A DNA stretch of 62,461 nucleotides, the filler included, from Choristocarpus tenellus KU-1152 (taxonomy: Eukaryota; Protista; Phaeophyceae): NCBI GenBank assembly GCA_964200185.2. It is 8 parts of 8 records of this genome, joined end to end, with 100 filler letters (N's around TTAATTAATTAA, not from the genome) between each part and the next. Parts side by side here need not be neighbours in the genome. Positions count along the whole stretch, not along the records: positions 38,910 to 42,656 come from CAXNAD020018177.1; positions 42,757 to 51,014 come from CAXNAD020004925.1; positions 51,115 to 62,461 come from CAXNAD020002377.1; 5 more parts are not named here. One strand, written 5' to 3'. The position numbers and the translations under genes were made by a program. Of this stretch, positions 39,093 to 51,847 are shown piece after piece (the stretch's first letter is position 1; every line of letters begins with the position of its first letter). The notes under the pieces were generated by a model. The model was given only the letters and a program-made list of their open reading frames with translations, was not told the DNA's origin and made no database searches.

Positions 39093-40813
39093 GTGAAGGA
39101 TGAGGACATTCAGCTCGGTCTGATCGAGTTTGACACTGGCTTTGTGAACGTGGAGGCCCACTATAACGCCATTTGCTTTCGTCCCTTTGTGAACGAGGTG
39201 CTAGATGCCACAGTTGGAAATGTCACAGAGCTGGGGTTCTTTGCTGACGTTGGTCCACTAGAAGTTTTTGTCTCCCGGCTGGTGAGGGATTAGGGAGATT
39301 TGAGAGAGTAGGACAGTGGGACACTTTTTCCTGAACTCTTTCCTATTGCTTATGTAGGTGGCTCTGTTCCTGCTGACTTTTTCCTCTTTTGTGTAATCTT
39401 CTTTTTGGTCTGGTAATCTTCTTTGTCGTCTGTTGAATGTGGTTGAAGGTAGCTGCTAACTCTGTGTAAGTCACTGCAGAGTTTGATGCTGAGTGCGTTT
39501 TCAATTGTGAAAGATTGCCTTCATCGCAGGTTGAAAGCTTTGTAGAGTATGCAGTTGTGAATTGTTTAATATATGCTGTGCCTTTCTAAGGTTATGAAAC
39601 CTTTGTGGGTTTGGGTGTGGGTGTTTGTGTTATGCGTTGTGTTTTCTATGTTGTGTTTGCACTTTTGATTTCGTTGGTATGACCTGGTACTAGGTGCATG
39701 TCCACAAATGCAGCCTATCAACAATTTCGCAATCTCCAATCTAGGAAAACAAATTCAAGTAGATGTATCGAAACCTTAAAAAACTATACTACAGAGTGTT
39801 TAGAAGTCCCCAGGGAGAGCGATATTTTTCGTCTGCACACTTTGCAAACAGAAGAGTGTGTAATATATTGATACATAGTTTGCGCCCTGCATTATATTAT
39901 TTATCTTGTCTCCATGTTTTGACAAACGGAATTGCCATGAATGCAGGGTATGCCAGATGACATTTCAAGTGGGTATGATCCCGTTGGGGACATGTGGGTG
40001 TCCTCTGAGGATTCAGAGATTGAGATAAAGGCAGGGTGTGGAGTTAGGCTTAGGATTATTGGGGTCACCATGGGGACAGAACTGGTGAGTAAGCTGATGA
40101 TGTAGTATCTTGAGAACGATGGGTGTTGTTCATGGGCAATGCCCTTGTGTATGTATATTATTGTCTTGTAGGGATGGGGGGGAGTGCTTTTTTGTGTTGG
40201 ACTTGTGGTGCACTGTGTGAAGACAAGTCAAGGCTATTGGCAGTAACCTTTTGGGTATGGTTGCATTGTAAGATCGTGAATTAAATTGAATACTGTTTTG
40301 TTGTGTGAGTCTTAACTGCTTTCTATGATTAAAGTAGTCAATAGTTGTTATCTTGTTCTTGGTGTAGACTAAAAGTGCATAACCGCTGGATGAAGTAAGA
40401 GAATGCCTGATGTGTATTGCAAATCTTGCTGTGTATGCACCTGATTCATGTACAGTAACTGCAGTTGCTATTGTCATTTTGCCACGACCTGAATAGCCCA
40501 AATTCACATCGTCCTGACTGATAAACTTTCTAGTTCATCCCTACAGATTTGTTTACTCCACTGACTGGATTGCTCCCCCTCCCCCCACTGTACCGAACTC
40601 ACAATCTTGAATCTGGTCAATCTCTGGCACACACACACACAAGCCATTCCACTGCCCCCCCATTCCCAAATAGTGGTTGCCCTTCACTCATATCAAACTA
40701 AGTCCCAACCTCCCGCCCTCCTCAACTGGTCCACCCTGCGATTCATGTGTGTCTAGAAAGCTGTGGGGAGTATTAAAGACGACTTCCTGGGACTGGTATC
40801 TGGTCCTGTATGA
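39093..40813 (+). CDS. RPB7: DNA-directed RNA polymerase II subunit RPB7; exons 39093-39281, 39947-40084, 40757-40813; first exon(s) missing
   Basis: Phase-0 joins give VKDEDIQLGLIEFDTGFV...AICFRPFVNEVLDATVGNVTELGFFADVGPLEVFVSRL-GMPDD...GVRLRIIG...-KAVGSIKDDFLGLV...*, all RPB7 hallmark motifs. Confidence 0.93.
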
Positions 40814-42634
40814 CTTGTTGCAGTTGAGTTAGGGCTATGGGCTAAGAGGTCAAAACACAACCTTGACCCTTTTTTTTTGTTAGTTCCTCTTTCTAAACAC
40901 GCTATACTTAGTCATTCATTCCTCTCCAAGGTTATCTGTATTGACTGTTTTGTGGAGAGACTTTCAGGTGTCCAGGCAGGAGTGATGTGGTTGACACTCT
41001 GCCGTGTTCCCTTTGCTCCGCTTGTGCACTTTGCCCTTTGCTGCTGCTCTCTCCACAATTCCATACAAGTCTTCCTTGATCTCCTAGTTCTAGTTCTGGT
41101 AATAAGGAATATGAAACTCGTGTACCATATATCGCTCCTACATACACAGATGACTCTTGCTTTATCAGGTCCCAAGTATGTGTAGCACCTATGCCGAATC
41201 ACATTTGAAAGCGCATGCATGGTTTTCACTTTGTAATAAAAAATGCTTTAATCCTGAACTGATTTTGATGGTCTTTGTATGTAAGAGTGCTTTCTAGCAC
41301 AGTGCAGTGTGTTATCCTTTTGACCATCCATTAGCAGTTTCTCAATCAGTGTTTGTGAACTTTCAGAGAGCTTTGGATGTTTCTTGACAAGGTGGTATAG
41401 TTGGGGAGTATAAGAAGAAGACAGATTGACGAGTAAGTTTGTGTGAGGGAAGTGTGCAATACTGAAACCTAAACACGCTGTTTTCCACTTTATTAATATT
41501 TATATTTTTAATGACAAAACTGCTGCTCTACGGCACATGAAGTGCTACGCGAAGCTGCAAGTCCTTGAACAATCTGTTTAAGGTCGGTGGGGCAAGATGA
41601 AAGCACGCAGTGCACACACACACTCACGTGCTGCACTGGAAGTCCTGCACTTGAAATCATGACACACATAACAACAGCGTAATGTTTGAAGGAGAACGAT
41701 CTATGTGTGGTACCAGTATCCTGCACAAGGGTCCCTGCAGTGCATTCATTTCCTGTTGTTATGTTCCATTCTCAGTCCTCTAGTACAATTGTTGGGACTT
41801 GAAGAAACTTTGTTGAGTATAGGAATTTTGACCGTGAGGTGAATATGCTGTGGGGAAGAGGAATCATATTGTAGAGGGGGGGTATTTCGACCCTTTTGAG
41901 TATTTAGGGCTTTCAAAGTCTTCTGCTCGATAACCAATTTCCCGTGCCTGACATGCAGCTATTTCCGCTTCGGAGGCAGTGACTGTAGAAGAGGAGGCAA
42001 ACATTTGTCCATGTAAGTGCAAAATCGCCCTTTGGAGTGCTAGACCACCAGTAGGCAATCACATGGGCCCCAAATACTCCATGGTACACACCTCTAACAT
42101 AGGATGGCTTGGAAGAAGGGAAGATCGTCAAGGGGCTACCTTCTCGAGGGGTCTAGGATGGAAGTAATGATGCACAGTGGAGCAGAGATGTCCTTGATGT
42201 ATTTTGTTACGTATCACCTAGATGCAGTTGTGGCAAAATGTGCTGTCCTGATGGGGAATAAGCGGTGAATATTCAAGAGCTCTTTAACTGTGTGATGCAC
42301 CTGCTCTAAGCTCCATAATAGTGTTGGACACCATACACACAACCAATTTTGCCTAATTTGTATTGGAGTACCTTCTCAAATCATGATACGGAACATAAGA
42401 ATATGGGGCGTACTCTGGTTGAGATACACCAACAATCTGTTGGATATCACATGTAGTTCTAAGCAGCAGAAAATGGCATTCACCGATGGAAGCAGGAATA
42501 GATGGATGAGTTTGTGTCATAATCAAGCCCCAGGATCAGCAGCATCATGAAAGAAGACCCATCGTAGGAAGTGCACAATATTATGGTCTTGAGCACCTTA
42601 GCAGCGTCCACTACAAAGACATCCACATACCTCA

Positions 42635-42656
42635 GACCCAAAATATCTGGGGGGGG
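42635..42656. mobile_element. MITE family B terminus at contig edge
   Basis: GACCCAAAATATCTGGGGGGGG running into the gap. Confidence 0.6.
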
Positions 42657-44419
42657 NNNNNNNNNNNNNNNNNNNNNNNNNNNNNNNNNNNNNNNNNNNN
42701 TTAATTAATTAANNNNNNNNNNNNNNNNNNNNNNNNNNNNNNNNNNNNNNNNNNNNTTGTTTTGTTGGCCAAAATAATGAGTTGTATTAGGCCATGATCT
42801 ACCTGCCTCCCTGCACCAATTCACAATCCTGATGGTGACCTCTCCAAGAAAGCTGTGCACAGGCCCCCAAATTGAGCAAAAAAAAAAAAGAGTTAATATA
42901 TAGAGATACCACTGTATTAGGACTGCCATCAACTATACAGTGCGGCACTACTACTGCGTCTGGGTACACTAGGTTCAAAGATCACCAAGAACCTGTTTGC
43001 CACTTCTTTTCAATGATATTACCTTTTTTGCACATCAAGGGATGATGCGATTTCTTTTTTTTCTTCGGAGCTAAGTCGAAAAGCAACCACAAATAAAATA
43101 AAATAATATATATATATATATATATATATATCGTTCAAAAAACCCCACTCAACTACCATACAGCGAGGTTGATGCCCCTCTCCCGCTACCACAGTACACA
43201 ACCGAACCGCCTTCCAGGTGTTAATAATGTACTAATCCATAAAAAAACAGAAACAACAGATCTGGCAACAACAAAAAAAAAGATTGCAACCGGGGATGAC
43301 CACTATGCACAGGACGAGCGAACACAATCAGTTCTAGAAAGCGCACAAGTGCATGCATGCCTATGCCACTGCACAACCATTTGCATTCAAGGCACTACTA
43401 TCAGGGTTACACTCTACAGCTACACAAGAAGCGGAAAAAGAATCATGGCATTTTTTTTTTTTGTGTCAAGGTAAATAGGGGTTACCCTCTGACACCCCCT
43501 TGGTTTTCAGTCAGTCAGGGCTTCAAGTGTGCAGGGGTTGTAACTGTAAAAGCGGAGAGCACACGCCGAGTTTACTCAAGGAAGAGGACGAATCTGGAGC
43601 TCATTCCTCAACCCTAACCCTAAGTTAAACACCACTTCGAGTCTTGTCCCTACAGAGGTAGACAGGAGAGGGAAGGACCTTTGACCTTTTTCTTTTTTGT
43701 TTTTTTCTGACGCAATCAAATTGCCTGACCAATCAAAGTGTATCTTCACTACGCCTGCGCAGCGCCACAGCAGGCAAGAACGCTCCAAATAATTGCTTCC
43801 TTTTTTTTTTTTTCACTACCGGTGTCGCTGCACTGTACTGTACCACCCTCACAACTCAACCAATCTCTGCAACTGAATCGCCCCGGACGCTAATGTTCAT
43901 GTAATGTTAATGTTAATGTAATGTTCATGGTGTTGTGTAACACAACCGAGTTTGACTGAGTCAAGTCTATCCGTTAAAACCGATAGAAGAGTAAGCTACC
44001 GCGAAGTAGATTGTTATCTTAAATTTCTCGAGCAGTTTTATTATTATTCTTATTATTATTCTTACTATTATTATTATGCCCTCTGACTCTTTTGCGTAAG
44101 TGCCAGGGGGAAAACAAACAAACGAAAACTATACGTATGTCAGTACAAGCAAAGCCCAAAAATAAATTAAATATCATTAAAAAAATTATTATTTTTTTCA
44201 CTTGTGTTCGTATTCTGCACGGCACCCGTATTGTGATTGTGCGCGTGAGTCACCCTTGAACTCCCTCGCAACTCTCGATGCCCCAGCAAGTCTCGATTCA
44301 ACTTAATATTTTTCCATTGCGTACTTGTGTGTGTGTGTGTGTGTGTGTGTGCATGTTTTTTTTTTTTTTTTTTCCGAAGAGGGTAATCTTGGTACTAGCG
44401 ATGGCAAACCTATACCGTA

Positions 44420-46036
44420 TGAGCCTTGACGCTAAGTGTTACCGATAGATGCTAAGGAAAGGTACAAGGAACGCAGTAGCAGTATCATGGGCTGATGCCC
44501 GCCATCTACATGTTCTGCAAGGGCAACAGACAAACAATACGGCGACTTTTGAGCATCTTGGTGTGTCTGCGTGACTTTTGAGCATTGAAGGGAAAAGTCG
44601 AGGTTGTCTGGTGCCCCGAGGTTGGACAGGTTGATACAGAGTAGTTTCGTGGGACTACAGAGCATTCACGTGGCGCCACATAGTGGAAGATGTGTGTGGG
44701 TGCATTAGGAAAAGATGAGATGATACAGAGAAGTTTCACGGCACAATAGAGCCACAAGCGTCGCACCACAGAGCAAAGGTATGCATGGGCTTAAGAGGAG
44801 CATAACCATTTGAGTCCTCTTGGGCGTATCCTACGCACACGAAGGTGGCAAAAGGGATAACAATTTTTTTTTTGAGCAACTTGAATTACACAAGGGTCCA
44901 TCCGCCAAATCTGCACAACAACAAAAAATATAAAATGGTTGAAAATGGTCACAAGGTTGGCAACCACTGATGTTGTCAAACATCTATTTGCTGAGCAGGC
45001 GACCAACCTAAAACCTCGGGTATTAAAAATTAAAGGATCATCGTGCCAAGGTAGTTGTAGGTTCTGTGCAAGCACATCGAAGTTTTCTTGACCAAACCCC
45101 ACTGAAACCCCTGCCCACACCCAGACACTTAGCTGTTTAAGGATCTCTCTCCCCACTCTGCCCCAAGGGCTTGAAATAGACACGCAGCTGAATAGAGAGT
45201 GATGCGCCCTATTACTAACAAAATGATAGGCGAACAACCATCCTCACAAATCGAACCTGTGAATGGTCATCAAATTTCAGGGGAAGAGGCACCCTGGTCA
45301 CAGCTCTCTTGATCTTCTCAAGGGATAACGCACCCCCAATCCCGCCTCCAGCAACCAATGCATCCAGAACTTCCATGTTGATCTAGGGGGCCCCCGAAAT
45401 ATGAGGGAGGACAAACAGGTAGCAAGTAAAAAGTAAGATACAGGTTTCCGGTTGCAACTGCATACCAGACAGGTAGGATATTACAAGGATATACAGCACT
45501 CAAGAATTTGCAGTGGTGAGCACACAATGTATGTGTGAAAGCCTTCTTGGAAGCAATATACCCAATCAAAGCTTTAAACCTTGTGAATGTACAATTTCGG
45601 TCATCACACTAATAAATTGTACTCAGTGCGAAAACCGACTCGAAACATTCCAAGGCTTGGGCTGAGTGTCTACCGCAATCACAAAGCCAATACAGTCGTC
45701 CCATTGGCTTCACATCATAAGGAGAGTTCGGAATGTAATACATCAACCTCCACCCTCGCCTTTTCTTAAACCAGCATTTGACCCAATGTTTAAGGTAGTG
45801 TTTCTGGCGCTGTTGACCTACAAGTCTTGTTCTTAGAACAATACTCCCGCCTCAAGACCATGCAATCCTCTCGGTTATTTTCACCTGAACGACGTTCTGG
45901 GCCTTGCTAGCGGCGGCCGACGTCTTCAACACACTAGAAAGATATCCATCCTGCATAGTGCAAGAACCTAGGGTTTGGGGGGTAGGTGGGGGCTGCGGTC
46001 CTCGGTCTAACGCATCTTGCACGTCCGTGGTTGTAT
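44420..46036 (-). CDS. Hypothetical multi-exon protein (exons ~46036-45885, 45382-45257, starting 44910; ends uncertain)
   Basis: Phase-0 joins CAG|gtgaaa...ctag|ATC and CAG|gttcga...gtgcag|ATT give ...SKAQNVVQ-INMEVLDALVAGGGIGGALSLEKIKRAVTRVPLPLKFDDHSQ-IWRMDP...; no recognised domain. Confidence 0.45.
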
Positions 46037-47574
46037 CTGGAGCAGGAGTAGGCAGATCACTTGCGTCCACAAAGCGAGAGATATGTTGGTGTAAGGTCGG
46101 GCATTGTTAGTCGGGGCGAGAACTCTGTAGGGCGAGGTGAGACACTCTACCGAAGCACTTTAGTGCTGCACAAATCGTTGTGCTTCATAAACCGTTTTCC
46201 CAGCTCGTGGGTTCTTGCCATGGGGAGAGAGAAGGTGGACTCAGCGTGTGACGTATCGTCATGAAACATCTACTTACAAGATTCTAGCTCGAAGAAGAAA
46301 CCAAGGACATAGCATGGGAAAAATTCAGGTTGAGTTTTCACTTCGTAGTACTCATCACATGGAGGGCAAAGCATTTTGATCAGCCCACACCTTGGATGTG
46401 ATCCTCTCATAGTCTTATCCATTTATCAAACAAACTCTGCAAGTGCAGCACTACAACAAGGGCTCGAAGTGCCTAGGGAGGGGAGGATGGAGGACGATGA
46501 TTGTGTTTCAAAATACTTTGAAAGTCGAGGGATGAGCATCGAGTCAGGAAAGGGTACACCTCAGACTACTATGTACTTCTCCAAGTACAAACTTGTACCA
46601 ATACAAATAATGTTAATATTTGATGTAACTATGAGTGTACTAATACAATCAAATTGGTCATCCCTCTCTACAAAACATTATCCTGACCTGGATATAGATT
46701 TGGGCGGTTCGAGCAGTTTCGACCCTGGACATTTTCACAAAAATCTGGCTCCGATTATGCAACTCCAAATGGGAACCACAACGATTTGCTCACCCTACTA
46801 TCCTATCTGTACTATACCACCAAAACGCCAGACCAAGATCAAAGTGGAAACATAGAGGCGAGTCCACCAGAATAAGACGGTGGGAATGCTGATCCCAAAA
46901 CACCAAGAGGAAGGCAGGAACGGAGTCAGTGCAATTTAGAGAAAACAGTTAATCCCTAATATGTATGATACAAATATTGTCTATGATTTGGTCTTCTTGA
47001 GGTGTTACAGGGTACTAGATAGTTCTCTGTGTGTTTTGAACTGGAGTGTTATGGGCAGTGCATTGTGGAGATTACATTTATTGTGGTCAGTGTTATGGGC
47101 ATAACATAGTGTTGTCATTTTTATGTGTTGTCATTTTTATGTGTATTAATTATCAGACGATGAGTGTACTTGCATAGTTATTAAGGGGTATCTATCTGTG
47201 TATGAGATTCATAACACCAACAGAAGGAAGCGATAAAACATCTGGATTTGCCATCACACATCAAACAAAGCCATCACCATATAAGAATTGAAAAAAACCC
47301 AGAGCATTGACGATTAAAACGTTGAGAGACCATTTTTCCGACCAATCTTGTCGATAAGTAGTAATATTTCCCAATCCATTCAAATAACTTGTAATGTAAT
47401 ATTAAAACAGCACTTTGGAGAGTGTTAAGCCATAACACTATTATTATGTTTCTCTCGTATGTTATGGAATAACGTGCGTTACGTTTTGAACTAGCGTATG
47501 TTCCGTGTGTTTTGGACTTAAGTATGTTTTGGTCTAGAGTGTTAAGGGCACTTCATAGTGTTGCATATATGTAT

Positions 47575-47695
47575 ATATTATTATGCCCTCTGACATTTTG
47601 CAAATAATGTGTCAGGGGGGAAACCAATGAAACATATAGTGTTGCATGTATGTTTTTTTCGTCAGAGTTATTATGGGCATAACATAGCGTTGGGT
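47575..47695 (+). mobile_element. Short hairpin-ended dispersed repeat (family D, Helentron/HINE-like); related copies ~23067-23112(-), 25804-25862(-), 44066-44118, 51348-51408, 52612-52662, 60093-60200, 61541-61566
   Basis: TATTATTATGCCCTCTGACA-loop-TGTCAGGGGG palindrome at each full copy. This copy also has a distal GTCAGAG...GGGCATAA inverted match; no TSD. Confidence 0.55.
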
Positions 47696-48514
47696 GTTAT
47701 ATTGCCCAACGTGTGAATATTCTGTAGAGGTAAATATAGTGTACTTCTATTAAAATACAAGCAGCGAGTGATATATGAAAGAACAGCAAAATGTCAACTA
47801 CACAACATAGTATTATAGTATGTAGAATCAATATTAGTAATCTGGGCTGTGCATTTAGTTCCTTTTCAAAGTCAAAGTCCATACTGTCTATACATAAAAA
47901 AGAGTTTGAGATCTTAGTGGAGGTGCCAGCGTAGGCAATTGAGTTCTTTGATGGGGGATGTGACAATGGGTCCAATCAGAAACACACAATCTTGCTTGTC
48001 AAGCAAGAAAAAGCAGCACAGATACCCACAAATTCGGGGGGCCTAGGGCTGTCCTCAGTGAGGCACCGCCACCAACATGCAGCTTTGTTAGGTGATCATT
48101 GATGACCCCTCTCCCCACCCGTCTGGCCACACAACAAGGGCCCCATGGCGAAAGAAACCCTTACATACTTGTCAGGTCATTTTTCGAGCCCTTCAGCACA
48201 GGCACTGGGATCGTCGATCCATGTCATTGTCTCGTCAGGAATCCCACTGGTGATTCTGATGGGTTGATTGTTTGAGGCTGGTGGGTTGACTTGGGCAGGC
48301 TCAACCGCTCCTGCTCTATTATACTGCATGCACACACCTTGGCAGCTCATGATGTTATGGTAACAAGGATAACCCAGCATGACATCGCACGTCTTCTACT
48401 GAACAGGATCCGTTTCGACACCTTCAGGACTCAGCAAGTCAACCTTCCAGCAGATCCAGAGGGACAAGGAAGGGAACGTTCCTCACTGACACTAGCCCTA
48501 TCACTGGATGCAAA

Positions 48515-48769
48515 GAGTCAAAGTATCTTAGAGGGTAGAGCCGTGTCCATTTGGGGGTCAAATCCAATGTTGCGATTTTGGTGTAATTTTGGCTATCGTG
48601 TTTGTTCGAAAGTGTCAATATCCTTGTTCCGGACACCTTTTCATAACGTATACATTGTGCCTACTCCTAAACATTTTGGAATAGGAAAATTTCATAATAA
48701 AACCCATGGGAAGTCAATCCCCAAATGGATAAACAGGGAAAACTCGCACCCTCTAAGACACTTTCACTC
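48515..48769. mobile_element. MITE family A
   Basis: Both TIRs present; TSD not clean. Confidence 0.88.
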
Positions 48770-49130
48770 TTTCAAATGCCTTGCCACCAGTAGGTCTCTG
48801 GCAAGAGAGGAAATATTGCTCTACAAACATATAGCGACTGAGTCTGGAGGTAAAATGTTGCAATCTGACATCCACTCACTTGCCCTAGGGCAGTAGAAGA
48901 ATTACGCCAACACACACAAATAATGGTGAAGTGGTTAGGCCAAACCTTAACAAGAATGGGGGCATCCCTTGCACACTAGTGGAGGATTGCAAGTCGTTCA
49001 CGGTAGACAGGGAAGTCTGCATGGATGTGGTATTCCATACTGGGGCAATATCAGAGACCCAGCCCCATATCAGGACAAACGCTTACTTCTGGATGTCATA
49101 CTTGCCGAGGTCCAGGCAACTTACCACCTG

Positions 49131-49389
49131 GAGTGAAAGTATCTTAGAGGGTATGAGTTTTGCCCTGTTTGTCCATTTGGGGCTTGGCTTCCCATGGGTT
49201 CTTTTATGACATTTTCCTACTCCAAAATGTTTCAGAGTAGGGAAAGTGTGTACACTATGAAAATGCGTTTCCGAAACATGGATATTGATACTTCCTAACA
49301 GACACGATAGCCAAAATTACATCAAAATCGCAACATTAAATTTAAGCCCTCAAATGGACGCGGCTCTACCCTCTAAGATACTTTGGCTC
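49131..49389. mobile_element. MITE family A, TSD CCTG
   Basis: TIRs and a perfect 4-bp TSD. Confidence 0.9.
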
Positions 49390-50955
49390 CCTGGTCAGCT
49401 CATTTACCAACAATGGAGTCGCTGCTGCAGCAGCCAAGCCGTGAAAGCACAAATCAAAAATCAACGAGTGTGAAGTTATGCAGTTGCAACAACAGAAATC
49501 GTTATGAAAGCATCCGTGAATGAGAACAAATGAGATTTATCAGCGGAGGACGAAGAAGGGGAGGCCGGGAGGGTGAGGGCACTACATTGAGTACGAACTG
49601 TGCTGGCTGTTGCCCACCAAAGCAAGCCAAAAAATAGGGCAAGCCTGTTGTTCTAGGGGTAGAGCAGCTGATTGGAGGGCAAAAGGTGTATGCCACAGGA
49701 AACTATGTTACAATGTTGTGGTTGGAAAGAGAAAATTGTTAAGACATAGCATGTTGTTGACGCCCTGTGTGCGAGTTTTCTTACTTCCTGTCAAGGAAGA
49801 AAAAAATGACAAATTTTCATCGCAATGACAACGATGCAGCCTTTGAGAAAAACTATCCCGACTTCCTGCTTCGATATGCGACTCTACATTGCTCGTTTGT
49901 CTTCAGTTAGAGCACTCTTGTGCAATGTTGTCAACATCATGGTAGGGGCTTCATTCCATGGTGGGGTAGTGGCTCTAAATTGATAGATTTCTAGTCCATT
50001 TTGCTAATTGCTTGTATTCAGTACTACTCACCAAATCTATCTGCTCCACCCAGTGAGGTGTGGTGATCGAGTGTGAATTAGGAAAGAAATAGAAAAGCAG
50101 AAGCAGTTGTGTTTTTTTTATGCACATAACATGGCCAAAGTGAGAGAATTATTGGTGGTGTACAGAGTGCTAACAGGCTAGGCTGTTGTGCAAAGGTGTG
50201 GCTGATGACCATCTTGATCCCAAACCCTAAGCAACCGATCTTACAGCACAAAGTCGACCAGAGTAATCTGGGTAACCCAAAATAATGTCTTACTACCATA
50301 CGCATTTTAACGGATAACAACAGCAGCTACCTTGGTCAAGACAGAGCTGCAACTGCCCTTCTAAAACAAGTGTACATAGTGATCTTAATTGAATGTTGAG
50401 AGTCGGTCAGAACCTCCTAGCCCTCTAGTCACACAAGTGTGTGACTCCACTTATGACTACAGTGGACATATCCACTTATTATTCCATGAGCAACAGTCTG
50501 CCATAGAAGCCCCTTCACTGTACCTTCTTCCTGACTTACCAAGGCCCACCCACTGCATGATGAACTACTACCACCTCGTTGGGAAAATGTTCTATCTCTC
50601 TGTGTTCAGAGTCATCCCCAACAGCTCTCCTATTATATCTCTATTGGCGATCCATTCTGGTCATTGCTCTATTTTTCATCGCTATAGAAAAGAGAGAAGA
50701 TTGAAGTCTCATTATAACATCACTAGATTAAGTGCACCCAAAAAAATGAAATGGACGAGATACATTGTACATCTTCAATATTTCCTCTAATAACGTTGTA
50801 GATCGAAGTGTATGTATGCTTTTGTGTACTTATCATTGTTGCTTACATCCTCTATCTCCCTGCCTATCAATGACACACACACATATATACATGCAATTTT
50901 CATAGTGCTGTGAAATTCTCTGGAGCATTGATATCAGTATATACCCCTGGCATAC

Positions 50956-51150
50956 GGCTCAAAGTATCTGGGAGGGGGTGGCGGCTGTCCATTTGGGGTC
51001 AATTTTTTCATGTCNNNNNNNNNNNNNNNNNNNNNNNNNNNNNNNNNNNNNNNNNNNNTTAATTAATTAANNNNNNNNNNNNNNNNNNNNNNNNNNNNNN
51101 NNNNNNNNNNNNNNACTCTGGTGTAGACCCCCCCCCAGATACTTTGGGTC
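50956..51150. mobile_element. MITE family B halves flanking an assembly gap
   Basis: Both TIRs present; flanks ATAC/ATTT do not match. Confidence 0.75.
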
Positions 51151-51179
51151 ATTTGACATTTTGTGGTGAATATCCGGCA

Positions 51180-51847
51180 GCTGGACAAGGTCAAACATTC
51201 TCTGGCATGTCCAGGCCATGGCCGCCGATCAGTTCAATTTTTTTCTTGCATGTCCAGACCATGTTCATTATGCGTTACACAAGTGTGAATGTGAGACATC
51301 CACACACATATGGATCAGAAATCACCTCACACACCCATGAACTTGTATATATATTATTATCCCCTTTGACATTTTGCCGATGTGTCAAGGGGAAAGCCAA
51401 TTCAATATGATCAGAACCTCAATTTGGATTAAATTTGCCATTTCAATATTCTATAGAAAACAATATAGAAATATCACCATATTGTATAATATGTTCACAA
51501 TATTTAAGAATGATAAAATATAAAATAGGAGGTATGGCCATGACATGGCAGGCTTGAGAGTAAAAAATGTATTACCTGACTGATCATGGATGAAATCTTC
51601 TATCATGGGCGAGTCCATGGCCATCACTTACTCAACATGATGACCAGGCCACTGGCTGGTCGTGTACAACCAAGTTCTAACATGACTCAGTCCATGGTCG
51701 TTATTGACTCAATGTGACTGGGGCCGACACTGGTCACATATAACCAAGATTGAACATGACCGAGTCTATTGAGAGGACACGGACTGGCCCACAGCCATAT
51801 GACTGACAGTGGACATGGTAACTACCTGGCCCGATGAAAAGCCCAGA
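51180..51847. mobile_element. Second, diverged copy of the hAT-type element at 26105-26880
   Basis: 51528-51700 aligns with 26628-26790 (GGAGG.ATGGCCATGA...CTCAACATGA...); ends in TGAAAAGCCCAG. Confidence 0.65.

Larger units (their letters stand above)
47990..49460 (+). mobile_element. Decayed CRE/R2-like (restriction-endonuclease-type) non-LTR retrotransposon, interrupted by two MITE A copies
   Basis: QIPTNSGGLGLSSV (post-RT GGLGL motif) and GIPCTLVEDCKSFTVDREVCMDVVF...LLLDVILAEVQ; homologous to 60240-61540. Confidence 0.65.

Noticed and set aside
34325-40813. E1-RPB7 fusion gene
   Set aside because: The two partial genes are separated by an assembly linker; missing sequence explains the juxtaposition.
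41864-42131. RNase H-like retroelement fragment (TASEAEIAAC)
   Set aside because: A single short frameshifted motif; too weak to call.
47040-47700. CRISPR-like repeat-spacer array
   Set aside because: Repeats are degenerate, spacing is irregular (about 40-330 bp), there are no cas genes, and the context is eukaryotic.
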